The position numbers and the translations under genes were made by a program. Positions 19,808-28,697 of a stretch of 64,000 nucleotides of DNA are shown piece after piece. The notes under the pieces are model-generated. The model saw nothing but the letters and a program-made list of their open reading frames with translations. It was not told the origin of the DNA and did not search any database. Positions within the stretch are counted from its first letter, which is position 1, and every line of letters starts with the position of its first letter. The stretch is from an uncultured Pseudomonadota bacterium (lineage in GTDB: Bacteria > Oederibacteriota > Muellerivitia > Muellerivitales > Muellerivitaceae): contig CAWIIP010000005.1 of assembly GCA_963836235.1 (NCBI GenBank), forward strand, positions 192,001-256,000. The letters run 5' to 3'.

Positions 19808-20425
19808 TTATGAAGGTTTTACCCCGTCCTGTTTTTGAATTTGCTGGAGGGTGAAAATGATTTCATTGTCCGTCGGGCGGTCCGTCGGGTCCTTACCTAT
19901 ATATTTATAACGAACGACCCGATTGGGATCGATAATAATGGCCGTCGGACGTGCGATATCTTTGCCCCCGTGCCCCTGAGGATGGCGGGCTCCATAGGCG
20001 TCTATCACGTGAAGTTGGGTGTCGGATAGCAGGGGGAAAGGAAAACGCCATTGCCCGTTGAATTGCGCCGAATCCTCCAAGCTATCCACGCTAACGGCAA
20101 CAATACTAGAATGCAGCGCGGTAAACCTGGAATAATCGTCCTTCAAACCCGCCAACTGCCCCTGGCAGGCGCCGCACCATTGGCCTCGGTAAAGAATCAG
20201 TACCAGGTACCACCCCGGCTTCAAGTCGGACATCTTTACCAACTGGCCTGTACTGCTCACCAAGGAAAAATCATAAGCTTTATCCCCAACCTGCAACCCG
20301 CCCGGCTTCAGCGGAACTGGGGGTTCCTGGGGACCACAGCCCTGGAATGACAGAACCGAAAAAGTCACTAGCCCTAATACAATAAACCATTTCGGAAAGC
20401 TCATCAGATTTTTCGTCCTTTTCAA
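19808..20425 (-). CDS. Peroxiredoxin-like (AhpC/TSA) lipoprotein
   Basis: Lipobox FQGC; VGDKAYDFSL, YRGQWCGAC, AVSVD, FPLLSD. Alternative start ATG 20404. Confidence 0.85.
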   Translation of the reverse strand: MKRTKNLMSFPKWFIVLGLVTFSVLSFQGCGPQEPPVPLKPGGLQVGDKAYDFSLVSSTGQLVKMSDLKPGWYLVLILYRGQWCGACQGQLAGLKDDYSRFTALHSSIVAVSVDSLEDSAQFNGQWRFPFPLLSDTQLHVIDAYGARHPQGHGGKDIARPTAIIIDPNRVVRYKYIGKDPTDRPTDNEIIFTLQQIQKQDGVKPS

Positions 20426-20491
20426 CTCCGAATTTAAATAGTCACTTTGGCTCGATTTTTTTCAGTAGCGAATTCATCATTTTACAGACAC

Positions 20492-20522
20492 GTTGACATT
20501 GTCAACCGCCCTTTTCAATAAT
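20492..20522 (+). promoter_or_regulatory. Sigma70-type promoter with 7-1-7 palindrome over the -35
   Basis: TTGACA (20493-98)-N18-AATAAT (20517-22); palindrome GTTGACA-T-TGTCAAC at 20492-20506. The same promoter layout recurs at 32613-32642. Confidence 0.55.
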
Positions 20523-20547
20523 ACCTCATTGAGGAGATGCCCTGCGT

Positions 20548-20838
20548 ATGAAGTTTTTTCGAAAATATCTTTTTTCATTCGCGACGGTTTCCTTCCTGTT
20601 CTTCGTGTCAGTCTTGGCTATTGAGGATGCTCACCACCACGACAATTTGGAAAGTCACAACGATTGTTCCCTTTGCGCCTGGCAATTAACCGGCTCCAGT
20701 GCACCTTCCACTCCGACTTCCCCGCTTTTATTTGGGACCTTTCTCTTCATTTTGCTTTTCACTTTCACGCCGCCCTTTTTGTCTTTCTTCAAATCTCATC
20801 CTTCTCTTGGCCGGGCTCCCCCACAAAACCTCCTCTAA
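20548..20838 (+). CDS. DUF2946-like leader protein (HHH-CxxC-RAPP), copy 1
   Basis: Hydrophobic N-terminus, AHHHD..HNDCSLC, Pro-rich segment, second hydrophobic stretch, C-terminal GRAPP; RBS GAGGAG. Confidence 0.8.
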   Translation: MKFFRKYLFSFATVSFLFFVSVLAIEDAHHHDNLESHNDCSLCAWQLTGSSAPSTPTSPLLFGTFLFILLFTFTPPFLSFFKSHPSLGRAPPQNLL

Positions 20839-20883
20839 TTATCTGTCATAAACGGCTTTCAGGCCGATTACACAGGAGGACTT

Positions 20884-21045
20884 ATGTCTTTTCATTTTAA
20901 TTTATTTTTTTGGATTGCTTCCATTTCATCTGCCTCGTCCAATTTCCCAGCCCACTTCAACATTTTCAACCCTGCTATCGGCACTAACACACTTTTTCAC
21001 TTTCAATCCGCTGACTTAAAAACAAAATGCGGAGGGAAAATATGA
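20884..21045 (+). pseudogene. 53-aa remnant of the 5' end of the 33002 porin gene, coupled to the next gene
   Basis: MSFHFNLFFWIASISSASSNFPAHFNIFNPAIGTNTLF...GGKI* resembles MSNRFKLL...SNLANPAIGMSALF. It has the same hairpin and CACAGGAGGA RBS, and its stop overlaps ATG 21042 (ATGA). Confidence 0.6.
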
Positions 21046-22241
21046 AAAAAAACGCTTTCGCTTTTTTAATTGCGGGGATGATTTGGGTTGCCGTGAATGA
21101 CGCTTGGAGTGATACCCGCATTGACTCCTTAAGTTCCGATCCTCGTTTCACGGAAGACCTGGACCTGATTTGGATGTATCCCCAAAAGGTGATCCAATAC
21201 CAAGACACGGCGGATTTCCGTTTGAACAATCCGGCCGTGGTGAGTTTGGGCGATCAATATGGCTTCGGAAGCCTTGGCGCCGGTGCTTCCGGATCCCACC
21301 AATACGAATGGGGTGGCGTTATCGACGGCAAGCAAAAGGATGTCGGGGTCCTAGGAGCCTACGTGAATCGGCCCTTTGTTCCCCTTTATTACACGGTTTA
21401 CGGGGAATACTGGCGCCCGGTGGGCGGCACAACCGCTTGGGGTTCCAGCGCCTTGCCCGCCAATAAGTTGGACCTTTTCTGGGCCCAGTCTTTTGGCACG
21501 ACGGATTTCGGTATCCGGCTGAACTACGGCGGCATGCAAAACAGCGGCACCGACTACTCTCGCACCTTGGGTGTGGATACAGGAATAGGATTCAAAGGTG
21601 GCGGTGCCTTCAGTGAGGCCAACTTTCACGCCGGTTATACCTTCGGAACTTTCCAAAACGGGGCTACTGGCATCAGGAGCAACGGCATCTTCTCCCTCAG
21701 CCTAGGCTCCCTGTTACAACATGACATGGGCCCGGACGACAACTTGAGGCTGTTCGGCGATCTCGGGTTGGACCAATACCAGGACACGTCCGGTTTCGAC
21801 ACCACTCAAACCCTGGCAACCTTGGGCGTTGCCATAAACCACGCGGTCCACAGTGGGAGAGGGCTTGTTTCGACGGGCCTAGTGACCAGTGGCGGCGGCG
21901 GTAACAACAAAACCAATTGGAGCGTCGGCTGGAACGGAAGTGTGGAGGATTCCTTGATCGATTGGCTGGTCCTGCGGGCGGGGCTTTTTAAGTCTATTTT
22001 CGACCAACAGTCCTCCGGCGGCGTTGTTTCCGACCTTACTGTTCCGAACACGGTGGTTTTCAGCGTCGGCGCGGGCCTCCACTTGGAGAATTGGGCCTTG
22101 GATACTAGGCTGTTAGTCAATTCCTTGGAAAGCAATTTAATCACCCCGGCGCCGGGGGAAGGCATTCTCTTTGCGCAAAGCAATCCGAGCAAAACATTCA
22201 TTGTCACTTTGATCGAAGCGGATTTGCGTTACTCCTTTTAG
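21042..22241 (+). CDS. Outer-membrane beta-barrel protein
   Basis: Signal peptide ending AWS; amphipathic Gly/aromatic beta strands; C-terminal LRYSF. Confidence 0.75.
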   Translation: MKKNAFAFLIAGMIWVAVNDAWSDTRIDSLSSDPRFTEDLDLIWMYPQKVIQYQDTADFRLNNPAVVSLGDQYGFGSLGAGASGSHQYEWGGVIDGKQKDVGVLGAYVNRPFVPLYYTVYGEYWRPVGGTTAWGSSALPANKLDLFWAQSFGTTDFGIRLNYGGMQNSGTDYSRTLGVDTGIGFKGGGAFSEANFHAGYTFGTFQNGATGIRSNGIFSLSLGSLLQHDMGPDDNLRLFGDLGLDQYQDTSGFDTTQTLATLGVAINHAVHSGRGLVSTGLVTSGGGGNNKTNWSVGWNGSVEDSLIDWLVLRAGLFKSIFDQQSSGGVVSDLTVPNTVVFSVGAGLHLENWALDTRLLVNSLESNLITPAPGEGILFAQSNPSKTFIVTLIEADLRYSF

Positions 22242-22297
22242 GGCCGCCTTGTACTAAGGCTTGAATGAGTGATCATAAAGGTTGGGGAGAAACAGAC

Positions 22298-23302
22298 ATG
22301 CTGAAAAGTCCTTTTGTTTATTTTAGATTCCTGATTTTTGGGTTTATTTTCGCGCCCGCCTTTTCCCAAATCGCTTCCCAATTCCTAATCGAGGGAAATA
22401 AGGCCTATGAAGCGAAAGACTATGTCCAGGCCGCGGCCAATTACCAGAACGCCATCAAGGCGGATCAAAGTTCCGCGGGGGCCTATCAGGGCCTGGGAAA
22501 TTGTGACATTCAGCTTGGAAAAAAAGACGAAGCTTTGGCTCAGTATGAGAAAGCCCTAGCCTTAAATCCGGATAGCCGTCCGCTTAGTCAAGTAATCGGA
22601 TACTTGAAGGAAAGAGCCCCCAGTGTCACGGGGACAGGGAACTTTTCATCCACACCCACTGCTTCCCCCAATTTGAATTCTCAACTGGAAAAGCAGGAAT
22701 TGGACATTGAGACCTTGCGCCTCCAGGTGGACCAATTGAGGAAAGACGACACCGAGACGAACGGAAAGGCCCAGCGTTTCCAGTCCGCTAAAAAGTCCGA
22801 AGAACTGGCTAAAGCCGGAGAAAACAAGGAAAATCTTCTGGTTCTGGACTGGATAAATGGTGAAATTTGGAACAAGGGTGCCCGGTTCTCCATGACAAAA
22901 CTTTACGATTTGGCCCAAGCCCGGGGTTGGCCGGTCCAAAAAACACTGAAAAAAAGGTCTCCCGACGGCCGAGCGCGCTGGCATTATCAAATCCGTAATA
23001 TGTCCCTCACCCGTTATCAAGACCGGAGCCGGGGCATTTTTGAAATCCAAATCCCTTCCAAACCCGATGACTTCGAAATAGTCACAACCGAGGGAATAAA
23101 CTTTCAATCCTCCGCCGGCGACACAAGGGCCGACCTAGAAAACATTTATTTCGACTTTGAGGGCCAAGAGGATATTGGAACGGAGCGAATCCTTAAGTTC
23201 AAACGCAGCCAGGACCTGGATTTCGATGACAAGCTGGAAATTTCTTTCAGCGCTTCTGGGAGAATAACCAGTCTTCGGTATGGCGTTCTAGACGAGCATT
23301 GA
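22298..23302 (+). CDS. Secreted TPR protein with coiled coil and unknown C-terminal domain
   Basis: Signal peptide; TPRs (EGNKAYEAKDYVQAAANYQNAI, AYQGLGNC..EALAQYEKALALNP). Confidence 0.75.
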   Translation: MLKSPFVYFRFLIFGFIFAPAFSQIASQFLIEGNKAYEAKDYVQAAANYQNAIKADQSSAGAYQGLGNCDIQLGKKDEALAQYEKALALNPDSRPLSQVIGYLKERAPSVTGTGNFSSTPTASPNLNSQLEKQELDIETLRLQVDQLRKDDTETNGKAQRFQSAKKSEELAKAGENKENLLVLDWINGEIWNKGARFSMTKLYDLAQARGWPVQKTLKKRSPDGRARWHYQIRNMSLTRYQDRSRGIFEIQIPSKPDDFEIVTTEGINFQSSAGDTRADLENIYFDFEGQEDIGTERILKFKRSQDLDFDDKLEISFSASGRITSLRYGVLDEH

Positions 23303-23371
23303 AATTAAAAGAGCCGTGAGGTTAGAATGACGCTTCTTCAAATTGGAACAGTTTAGAGGGGCAAGGGACAA

Positions 23372-23662
23372 ATGAAGTTTTTCCGCAAATACCTTTTCCC
23401 GTTCGCCACGGTCGCCTTCCTGGCTTTCGTGTCGGTCCTCGCCATTGAGGGCGCCCATCACCACGACAACCTGGAAAGCCATAACGATTGTTCCCTTTGC
23501 GCCTGGCAATTAACCGGCTCCAGCGCCCCTTCTACGCCTACTCCCCCACTCCTCTTTCATTCTCTGATCTTCGTCTCACTTTTCATCTTCACGCCTCTTT
23601 TTGTTTCTTCACTTAAGTCTTTTCCGTCTCTCGGAAGGGCACCTCCTTCCATCCTCCTGTAA
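23372..23662 (+). CDS. DUF2946-like leader protein (HHH-CxxC-RAPP), copy 2
   Basis: Close paralog of 20548-20838 (identical AHHHDNLESHNDCSLCAWQLTGSSAPSTPT core; PSLGRAPP). Confidence 0.8.
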   Translation: MKFFRKYLFPFATVAFLAFVSVLAIEGAHHHDNLESHNDCSLCAWQLTGSSAPSTPTPPLLFHSLIFVSLFIFTPLFVSSLKSFPSLGRAPPSILL

Positions 23663-23668
23663 CGATAG

Positions 23669-23693
23669 CTTCAGCCTTGTTGGATTGAGGCTG
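23669..23693 (+). promoter_or_regulatory. Hairpin directly after RAPP leader 2
   Basis: TTCAGCCT-loop-AGGCTGAA a few nt after the stop codon, with no strong U tract. Confidence 0.45.
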
Positions 23694-23845
23694 AATTTCG
23701 ATTTTCAGGGGGATTTTCCCTTGGGCTTCGCCCAATCGTAAAGTCCCATCACAATTAAAATTTTCAATCATGGTTTTGGCGCTATCCATCCCCCGCGGGA
23801 TGAATGGTTCTAAAACCGCGAATTCCATTCATACAGGGGACAAAA

Positions 23846-26272
23846 ATGACCATTTATAAAAAGTTGATTTTACTGCTGTTCATGCTTTTTAGTTTTTGCG
23901 CTAGTCGAGCCTTGGCCACAGTAGATGGAGCCCTTTCCGGAACCGTCTTGGACGATAAAGGTGTTGCTGTACCCAATGCCAAAGTAACCATTACGGGCAA
24001 TGGCATTGAAAAAGATTTAACCTCTTCGACCACGGGGACTTTCCAGGTCTTTCCCTTGACGATCGGGGATTACCAGGTAAGCGTCCAAGCTGACGGGTTC
24101 AGCCTTTATCAAGGAACCGTTGCGGTTTCGGGTAACTCCTCATCGCTGGAAGTCCGCCTTTCACCGGGAGGTGAAATGCAAATGACGGTGAAGGCCAAGC
24201 GGCATCTCGTCACGCCCGCTTCCAATAGTAGCCGGGACCTAAATTCCGACGAAATCGCCCAACTCCCGGAAGGGGCGACTACCAGCCTTCCTAAACTGCT
24301 TTACACCACGACCGCCGGGTTCGTGGAGGGTGATTTTGGCCAAGTCTTCACCCGGGGCAACCACGCCAATTTGCAGTACCAGATTGATGGCATCCAACTT
24401 CCCGATTCGGTCGGAGGCTCCTTTGGGGAAGCCTTCACACCGGTCAATATCGACCACATGGAAATCCTGACCGGCGGTTTGGCGCCCGAGTTCGGGAGCC
24501 GTATGGCCGGCGTGGTTAATATCGTGACCAAGTCCGGAACGACCCAACCGGGAGGGGAAATCGGCGTGGATTACGGGTCTTATAACCAATCGTCATCCTA
24601 CGCCAATTACGGAGGCTCGGACGGCTCGGGTACCTTCCACTATTTCCTCTCGGCCAATGCTTTCTCGACCGACCGGGGTTTGGATACCCCCGCGCCCGCC
24701 GACATCAATAACGACCAAAACGGTGGCAGCGAACAAGCCATCCACGACAAAAGCTACGGTTCGGATGGCTTTGTCAAATTTGATTGGGTCGCCGACAACC
24801 TGAATAAGTTCGTCTTGGTGGCCTTCAGCGAAAACAAATTTTTCCAGATTCCCAATTACGACAGTTCTTTCGATCCTGGAGGCCCCAACTTCGCCTACTT
24901 CGGAGGCTTAACGGATGCCTATGGGAACGGCCCCTTTAATTATGTGCCTTCGACGACCAACGACACCCAATCGGAGTCGAATAAATACGTGGAGTTGGCC
25001 TGGAAGCACACCTTTGACGACAACTCCTTCATCCAGATAGCCCCCTATTGGAAAGAGTCCAATCTCACCTTCACCAATGATCCGGCCAACGACCTGGCTT
25101 ACGCCCAAAGCCAGTACGATTCCGTGGCCGCCGCGTTGGGAAGCATCACCGAGTCTTCTTTTTCACAAGACCGCACCAGTGACAACTTCGGAACCCAGGT
25201 GGATTACACTTGGCACGCCGATGACAACAACCTGATCAAAGCGGGAGGCCAAGTTCTCTTGACCCAATCCTCGGGTCCCGTTTCGGTCATCGAGGCCGCC
25301 AATACCGGAACCGGCCCTGTGACGACGGCCAGCGGCGATGATTCCGCCGACACCGGTTATCAGGAAGGGGTCTATGTTCAGGATGACCTGATCTTGGCCA
25401 AATGGCTGGTCTTGAACAGCGGTATCCGATTCGACGCCACCCAATACGTGTTTCCGGACACTACGACGACCGACAGCAATTGGGGTCCACGTTTAGGTTT
25501 GAGTATCCTCCCCAGCGAATCCACCAAGTTCCACGTCTTTTACGGCAAGCTTTTCATGCCGGCGCCACCCGAGGATTTGAGGGACACCTTCGTCAACCTG
25601 GGCGCGGGGAACCAATTGGCCCCCTACGACATCAAGGCAGAGAAGGACGATTATTTTGAGGCCGGGGTGGCCCAGCAGGCGGGGGATCAACTGTTTACCC
25701 TCAACACTTATTACAAAAGCGCGGTCAACATGCTGGACGAGACCCAGCTGTTGAACACCGCCATCGCCCAACCTTATAACTTCGCGACAGGCTACGCTTA
25801 TGGGGTGGAGTTTTCTATGCGCGGCACGGTCGCCAAGGATTGGTCGGATTTCGCCAACTATTCTTACGAAATTGCCAAGGGCCAGGGAATCAGCGGGGGG
25901 CTCTTCGCCTTCCCCGCCGGAACGAACTTTGAGCCTGGTGACTACCAGTTCCTGGACCACTGCCAGATCCATACGGCCAACGGGGGTTTGACCTACAACC
26001 CCGGTGATATCTGGATCACCGCGGAAGGGCTCTTCGGCGGGGGCTTAAGTACGGGCCCCGACAACAGCCTGAGACTGCCGTCTCACTTTACGTCGGACCT
26101 CACCTTAGGCTACGCCTTCAAGAAAGACAGCGGCCTTTCAGGGCTCAAGGCCAGTCTGGATGTGTTGAATGTCCTCAACAACCCCTACGTCATCTTCATC
26201 GACAACGGCTACAACGGAAACCATTACGAGAACGGCCGGGAATTCATTTTCCACTTGGCCAAGACGATTTAA
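23846..26272 (+). CDS. TonB-dependent receptor with N-terminal carboxypeptidase-regulatory-like domain
   Basis: GTVLDDKGVAVPNAKVTI; plug RGNHANLQYQIDGI...EILTGGLAPEFGSRMAGVVNIVTKSG; barrel with PRLGLS and NVLN. Confidence 0.9.
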   Translation: MTIYKKLILLLFMLFSFCASRALATVDGALSGTVLDDKGVAVPNAKVTITGNGIEKDLTSSTTGTFQVFPLTIGDYQVSVQADGFSLYQGTVAVSGNSSSLEVRLSPGGEMQMTVKAKRHLVTPASNSSRDLNSDEIAQLPEGATTSLPKLLYTTTAGFVEGDFGQVFTRGNHANLQYQIDGIQLPDSVGGSFGEAFTPVNIDHMEILTGGLAPEFGSRMAGVVNIVTKSGTTQPGGEIGVDYGSYNQSSSYANYGGSDGSGTFHYFLSANAFSTDRGLDTPAPADINNDQNGGSEQAIHDKSYGSDGFVKFDWVADNLNKFVLVAFSENKFFQIPNYDSSFDPGGPNFAYFGGLTDAYGNGPFNYVPSTTNDTQSESNKYVELAWKHTFDDNSFIQIAPYWKESNLTFTNDPANDLAYAQSQYDSVAAALGSITESSFSQDRTSDNFGTQVDYTWHADDNNLIKAGGQVLLTQSSGPVSVIEAANTGTGPVTTASGDDSADTGYQEGVYVQDDLILAKWLVLNSGIRFDATQYVFPDTTTTDSNWGPRLGLSILPSESTKFHVFYGKLFMPAPPEDLRDTFVNLGAGNQLAPYDIKAEKDDYFEAGVAQQAGDQLFTLNTYYKSAVNMLDETQLLNTAIAQPYNFATGYAYGVEFSMRGTVAKDWSDFANYSYEIAKGQGISGGLFAFPAGTNFEPGDYQFLDHCQIHTANGGLTYNPGDIWITAEGLFGGGLSTGPDNSLRLPSHFTSDLTLGYAFKKDSGLSGLKASLDVLNVLNNPYVIFIDNGYNGNHYENGREFIFHLAKTI

Positions 26273-26337
26273 TTAGTTGTAGGAACCGCCGGTTGCATCC
26301 GGCGGTTCCATTATTTTGACGTGATAAAGGAGAAGAC

Positions 26338-26973
26338 ATGAACGGTTTTTTTGAAGGGTTTAAATTCATCTTCCGGGGCGGTTTCATGATGGTTCCACTC
26401 CTAGCCTCTTCTTTGCTGGCCTTGACGGTGATCATCGAACGCTGGAAGGCGCTTCACAAGCAATTCGTAACCCCTGCTGATTTCGCCCAAGGGGTCTTGG
26501 CTAAAGTCCAGGAAGGAAAAATGGCCGAGGCTCTCAAGCTTTGCGAAGGCAAGTTCATTCCCGTGGCGGCGGTGCTGAAGGCGGGCCTTGAACATTTCAA
26601 GAACCCGACGGCGGAAATGGAAATCGCCATGAAGAACGAGGGCGAAAGCTGGGTGCCCGTCCTGGAAAAAAGGGTCCACGTTTTGGATACCACCATCACC
26701 ATCGCTCCCCTGATGGGACTCCTGGGAACGATCATCGGCATGATGGGTTCCTTTAAAGTCCTGACTCAAAGCGGGGTGGATGACCCCTATTCCATCACGG
26801 GTGGGATTGCCGAGGCCCTCATCGCTACTGCCACCGGGCTGGTGATCGCCTTGGTTTGCGTCATTGCCAACAATTACTTCAACACCGACATCAAGAATTT
26901 CATTTACGAAATGGAATCGGCGGCATCCCGCCTCTTGGAAACCCGCATGGCTTCCGAAAGGAAGAAAAGCTGA
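26338..26973 (+). CDS. exbB: ExbB/TolQ/MotA proton channel
   Basis: APLMGLLGTIIGMM, GGIAEALIATATGL. Confidence 0.9.
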   Translation: MNGFFEGFKFIFRGGFMMVPLLASSLLALTVIIERWKALHKQFVTPADFAQGVLAKVQEGKMAEALKLCEGKFIPVAAVLKAGLEHFKNPTAEMEIAMKNEGESWVPVLEKRVHVLDTTITIAPLMGLLGTIIGMMGSFKVLTQSGVDDPYSITGGIAEALIATATGLVIALVCVIANNYFNTDIKNFIYEMESAASRLLETRMASERKKS

Positions 26974-27383
26974 TGCAAATCCGACAAAGGCCGGTTAAAC
27001 GCGTCCGCATCGAGATCATTCCCATGATCGATGTCATCTTCTTCCTATTGGTGTTCTTTATGGTCACTTCCCTGGCCATGACCCGCATCAACAGCGTCAA
27101 GGTGCTCCTTCCAAAGATGTCCGGGAAGGCGGAAAACATGAGGCAAAACATCATCCTCACGGTGAAAAAAGACGGAACTCTTCTGGTCAATAAAACCCAG
27201 GTGACTCTGGACACTCTGGGATCTCAATTGACCTACCAAATGCAGGCCAATCCCCAGGATGTCGTCATCGTGAACGCCGACGAGGCCGCCGGTTACGGCT
27301 TGGTTGTCCAGGCCATGGACAAGGCCAAGCAGGTGGGCGTGCGCAAGTTCGCCCTGGTGGCCGAGGCGGACAAGGACCAATGA
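26973..27383 (+). CDS. exbD: ExbD/TolR biopolymer transport protein
   Basis: IIPMIDVIFFLLVFFMVT, NADE; TGATG coupling to exbB. Confidence 0.92.
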   Translation: MQIRQRPVKRVRIEIIPMIDVIFFLLVFFMVTSLAMTRINSVKVLLPKMSGKAENMRQNIILTVKKDGTLLVNKTQVTLDTLGSQLTYQMQANPQDVVIVNADEAAGYGLVVQAMDKAKQVGVRKFALVAEADKDQ

Positions 27384-27982
27384 CGCTCGCGGACAGCCTT
27401 TTAAAATCCGGTGAAGACGAAAAAAGATTGCGCCAAGCCGCCGGGATCGCCCTGGGTCTGGAAATTCTTTTTTTCCTCGCCCTGGGCATCAGCCATCTTC
27501 CCTTCCTGCGGAACCCCTTTGATTCGGCCAACTACGTTGAAGCCCAGATCGTCCAACTGCCCGCCGACGCCCACTTGACCGGAGCCGCAACCGCCCCAGA
27601 CGAGGATGAGGTGGTCTTCAGCCGGAAACAAAGCCACAAAAAAAAAGCTGAGAAGAAAGAACTTCCGAAAGCCCCAGAGCAAAACCAGGTAAATGCCGGT
27701 CCCGATTTGGGGCCCACCCATGGGCCGGTGGCCTTTTACGCCCCGGCCCCGGTCATTCCCGCTTACTTGCGGGACCAGAACTTAAAGACCAGCGTGGTCA
27801 TCGAGTTCCTCATCACGGCCCAGGGAGCGGTGACTCCCCGGCTTTTGGAATCCAGCGGGAATGACGAGCTGGACGCCATTGCCTTAAGGACCGCCTCGAA
27901 ATGGCAGTTCAAACCGGCGGCCCAGAACAATATTCCGATCGATTCAAAGACGCGCTTAAGGATCATTTTCGAGGTTTCTTGA
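27380..27982 (+). CDS. tonB: TonB energy transducer
   Basis: N-terminal TM, charged linker, TonB_C (ESSGNDELDAIAL..WQFKPA). Confidence 0.85.
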   Translation: MTLADSLLKSGEDEKRLRQAAGIALGLEILFFLALGISHLPFLRNPFDSANYVEAQIVQLPADAHLTGAATAPDEDEVVFSRKQSHKKKAEKKELPKAPEQNQVNAGPDLGPTHGPVAFYAPAPVIPAYLRDQNLKTSVVIEFLITAQGAVTPRLLESSGNDELDAIALRTASKWQFKPAAQNNIPIDSKTRLRIIFEVS

Positions 27983-28007
27983 TAACGAGTTGAAAAAGGA
28001 GACAAAA

Positions 28008-28697
28008 ATGAAAGTTCTTGAAGTCATCAATTTGAAAAAGTCTTACCTGTTGCCCGAAGGCGACAGGCACATGGTCGTCAACATCGACCATTTTTACATG
28101 ACCTCTGGCGCTGAAATGGCGCTGGCCGGCGAGAGCGGATCGGGCAAAACCACTTTTTTACATCTCATCTCGGGCGTATTGAAACCCGATAGCGGGGAAA
28201 TCCATCTGGATGGAAAAAGGATGGATATCCTTCCCGAAGCCGGAAGGGACAGCCTGCGCTCCAACCTGCTGGGATATGTCTTCCAAAACTTTAATCTCTT
28301 GCAGGGCATGACCGCCCTCGAAAATGTCGAATTGGCCATGCGGTTCGGCAAGGGAGTCAATCAAGAAAGGGCCGTTTCGCTTTTAAAGCGGATGGGTCTT
28401 TCGGAAAGGCTTCACCACTATCCCCGACAGCTATCCATGGGCCAGCAACAAAGGGTGGCCGTAGCACGGGCCCTTGCCAACCGCCCACGGCTGGTGATGG
28501 CGGACGAACCCACGGCCCACTTGGACCATATCCGGGGAAAGGAAGCCGTCAATCTGATGCGCGAAGTTTGCCGGGAATTCGAAGCGGCTTTACTGGTTGT
28601 GAGCCATGACCGGGAAGTATTGTCCAACTTCAAACATGTCCAGCATTTTGACCGATTGAACCGTGTGCTTCATGTGAGCCAGGGGGTGAAGCCATGA
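28008..28697 (+). CDS. LolD-type ABC ATPase (ZrgB-like)
   Basis: GESGSGKTT, VFQNFNL, LSMGQQQRVAVARAL, ADEPTAHLD, VSHD. Confidence 0.92.
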   Translation: MKVLEVINLKKSYLLPEGDRHMVVNIDHFYMTSGAEMALAGESGSGKTTFLHLISGVLKPDSGEIHLDGKRMDILPEAGRDSLRSNLLGYVFQNFNLLQGMTALENVELAMRFGKGVNQERAVSLLKRMGLSERLHHYPRQLSMGQQQRVAVARALANRPRLVMADEPTAHLDHIRGKEAVNLMREVCREFEAALLVVSHDREVLSNFKHVQHFDRLNRVLHVSQGVKP

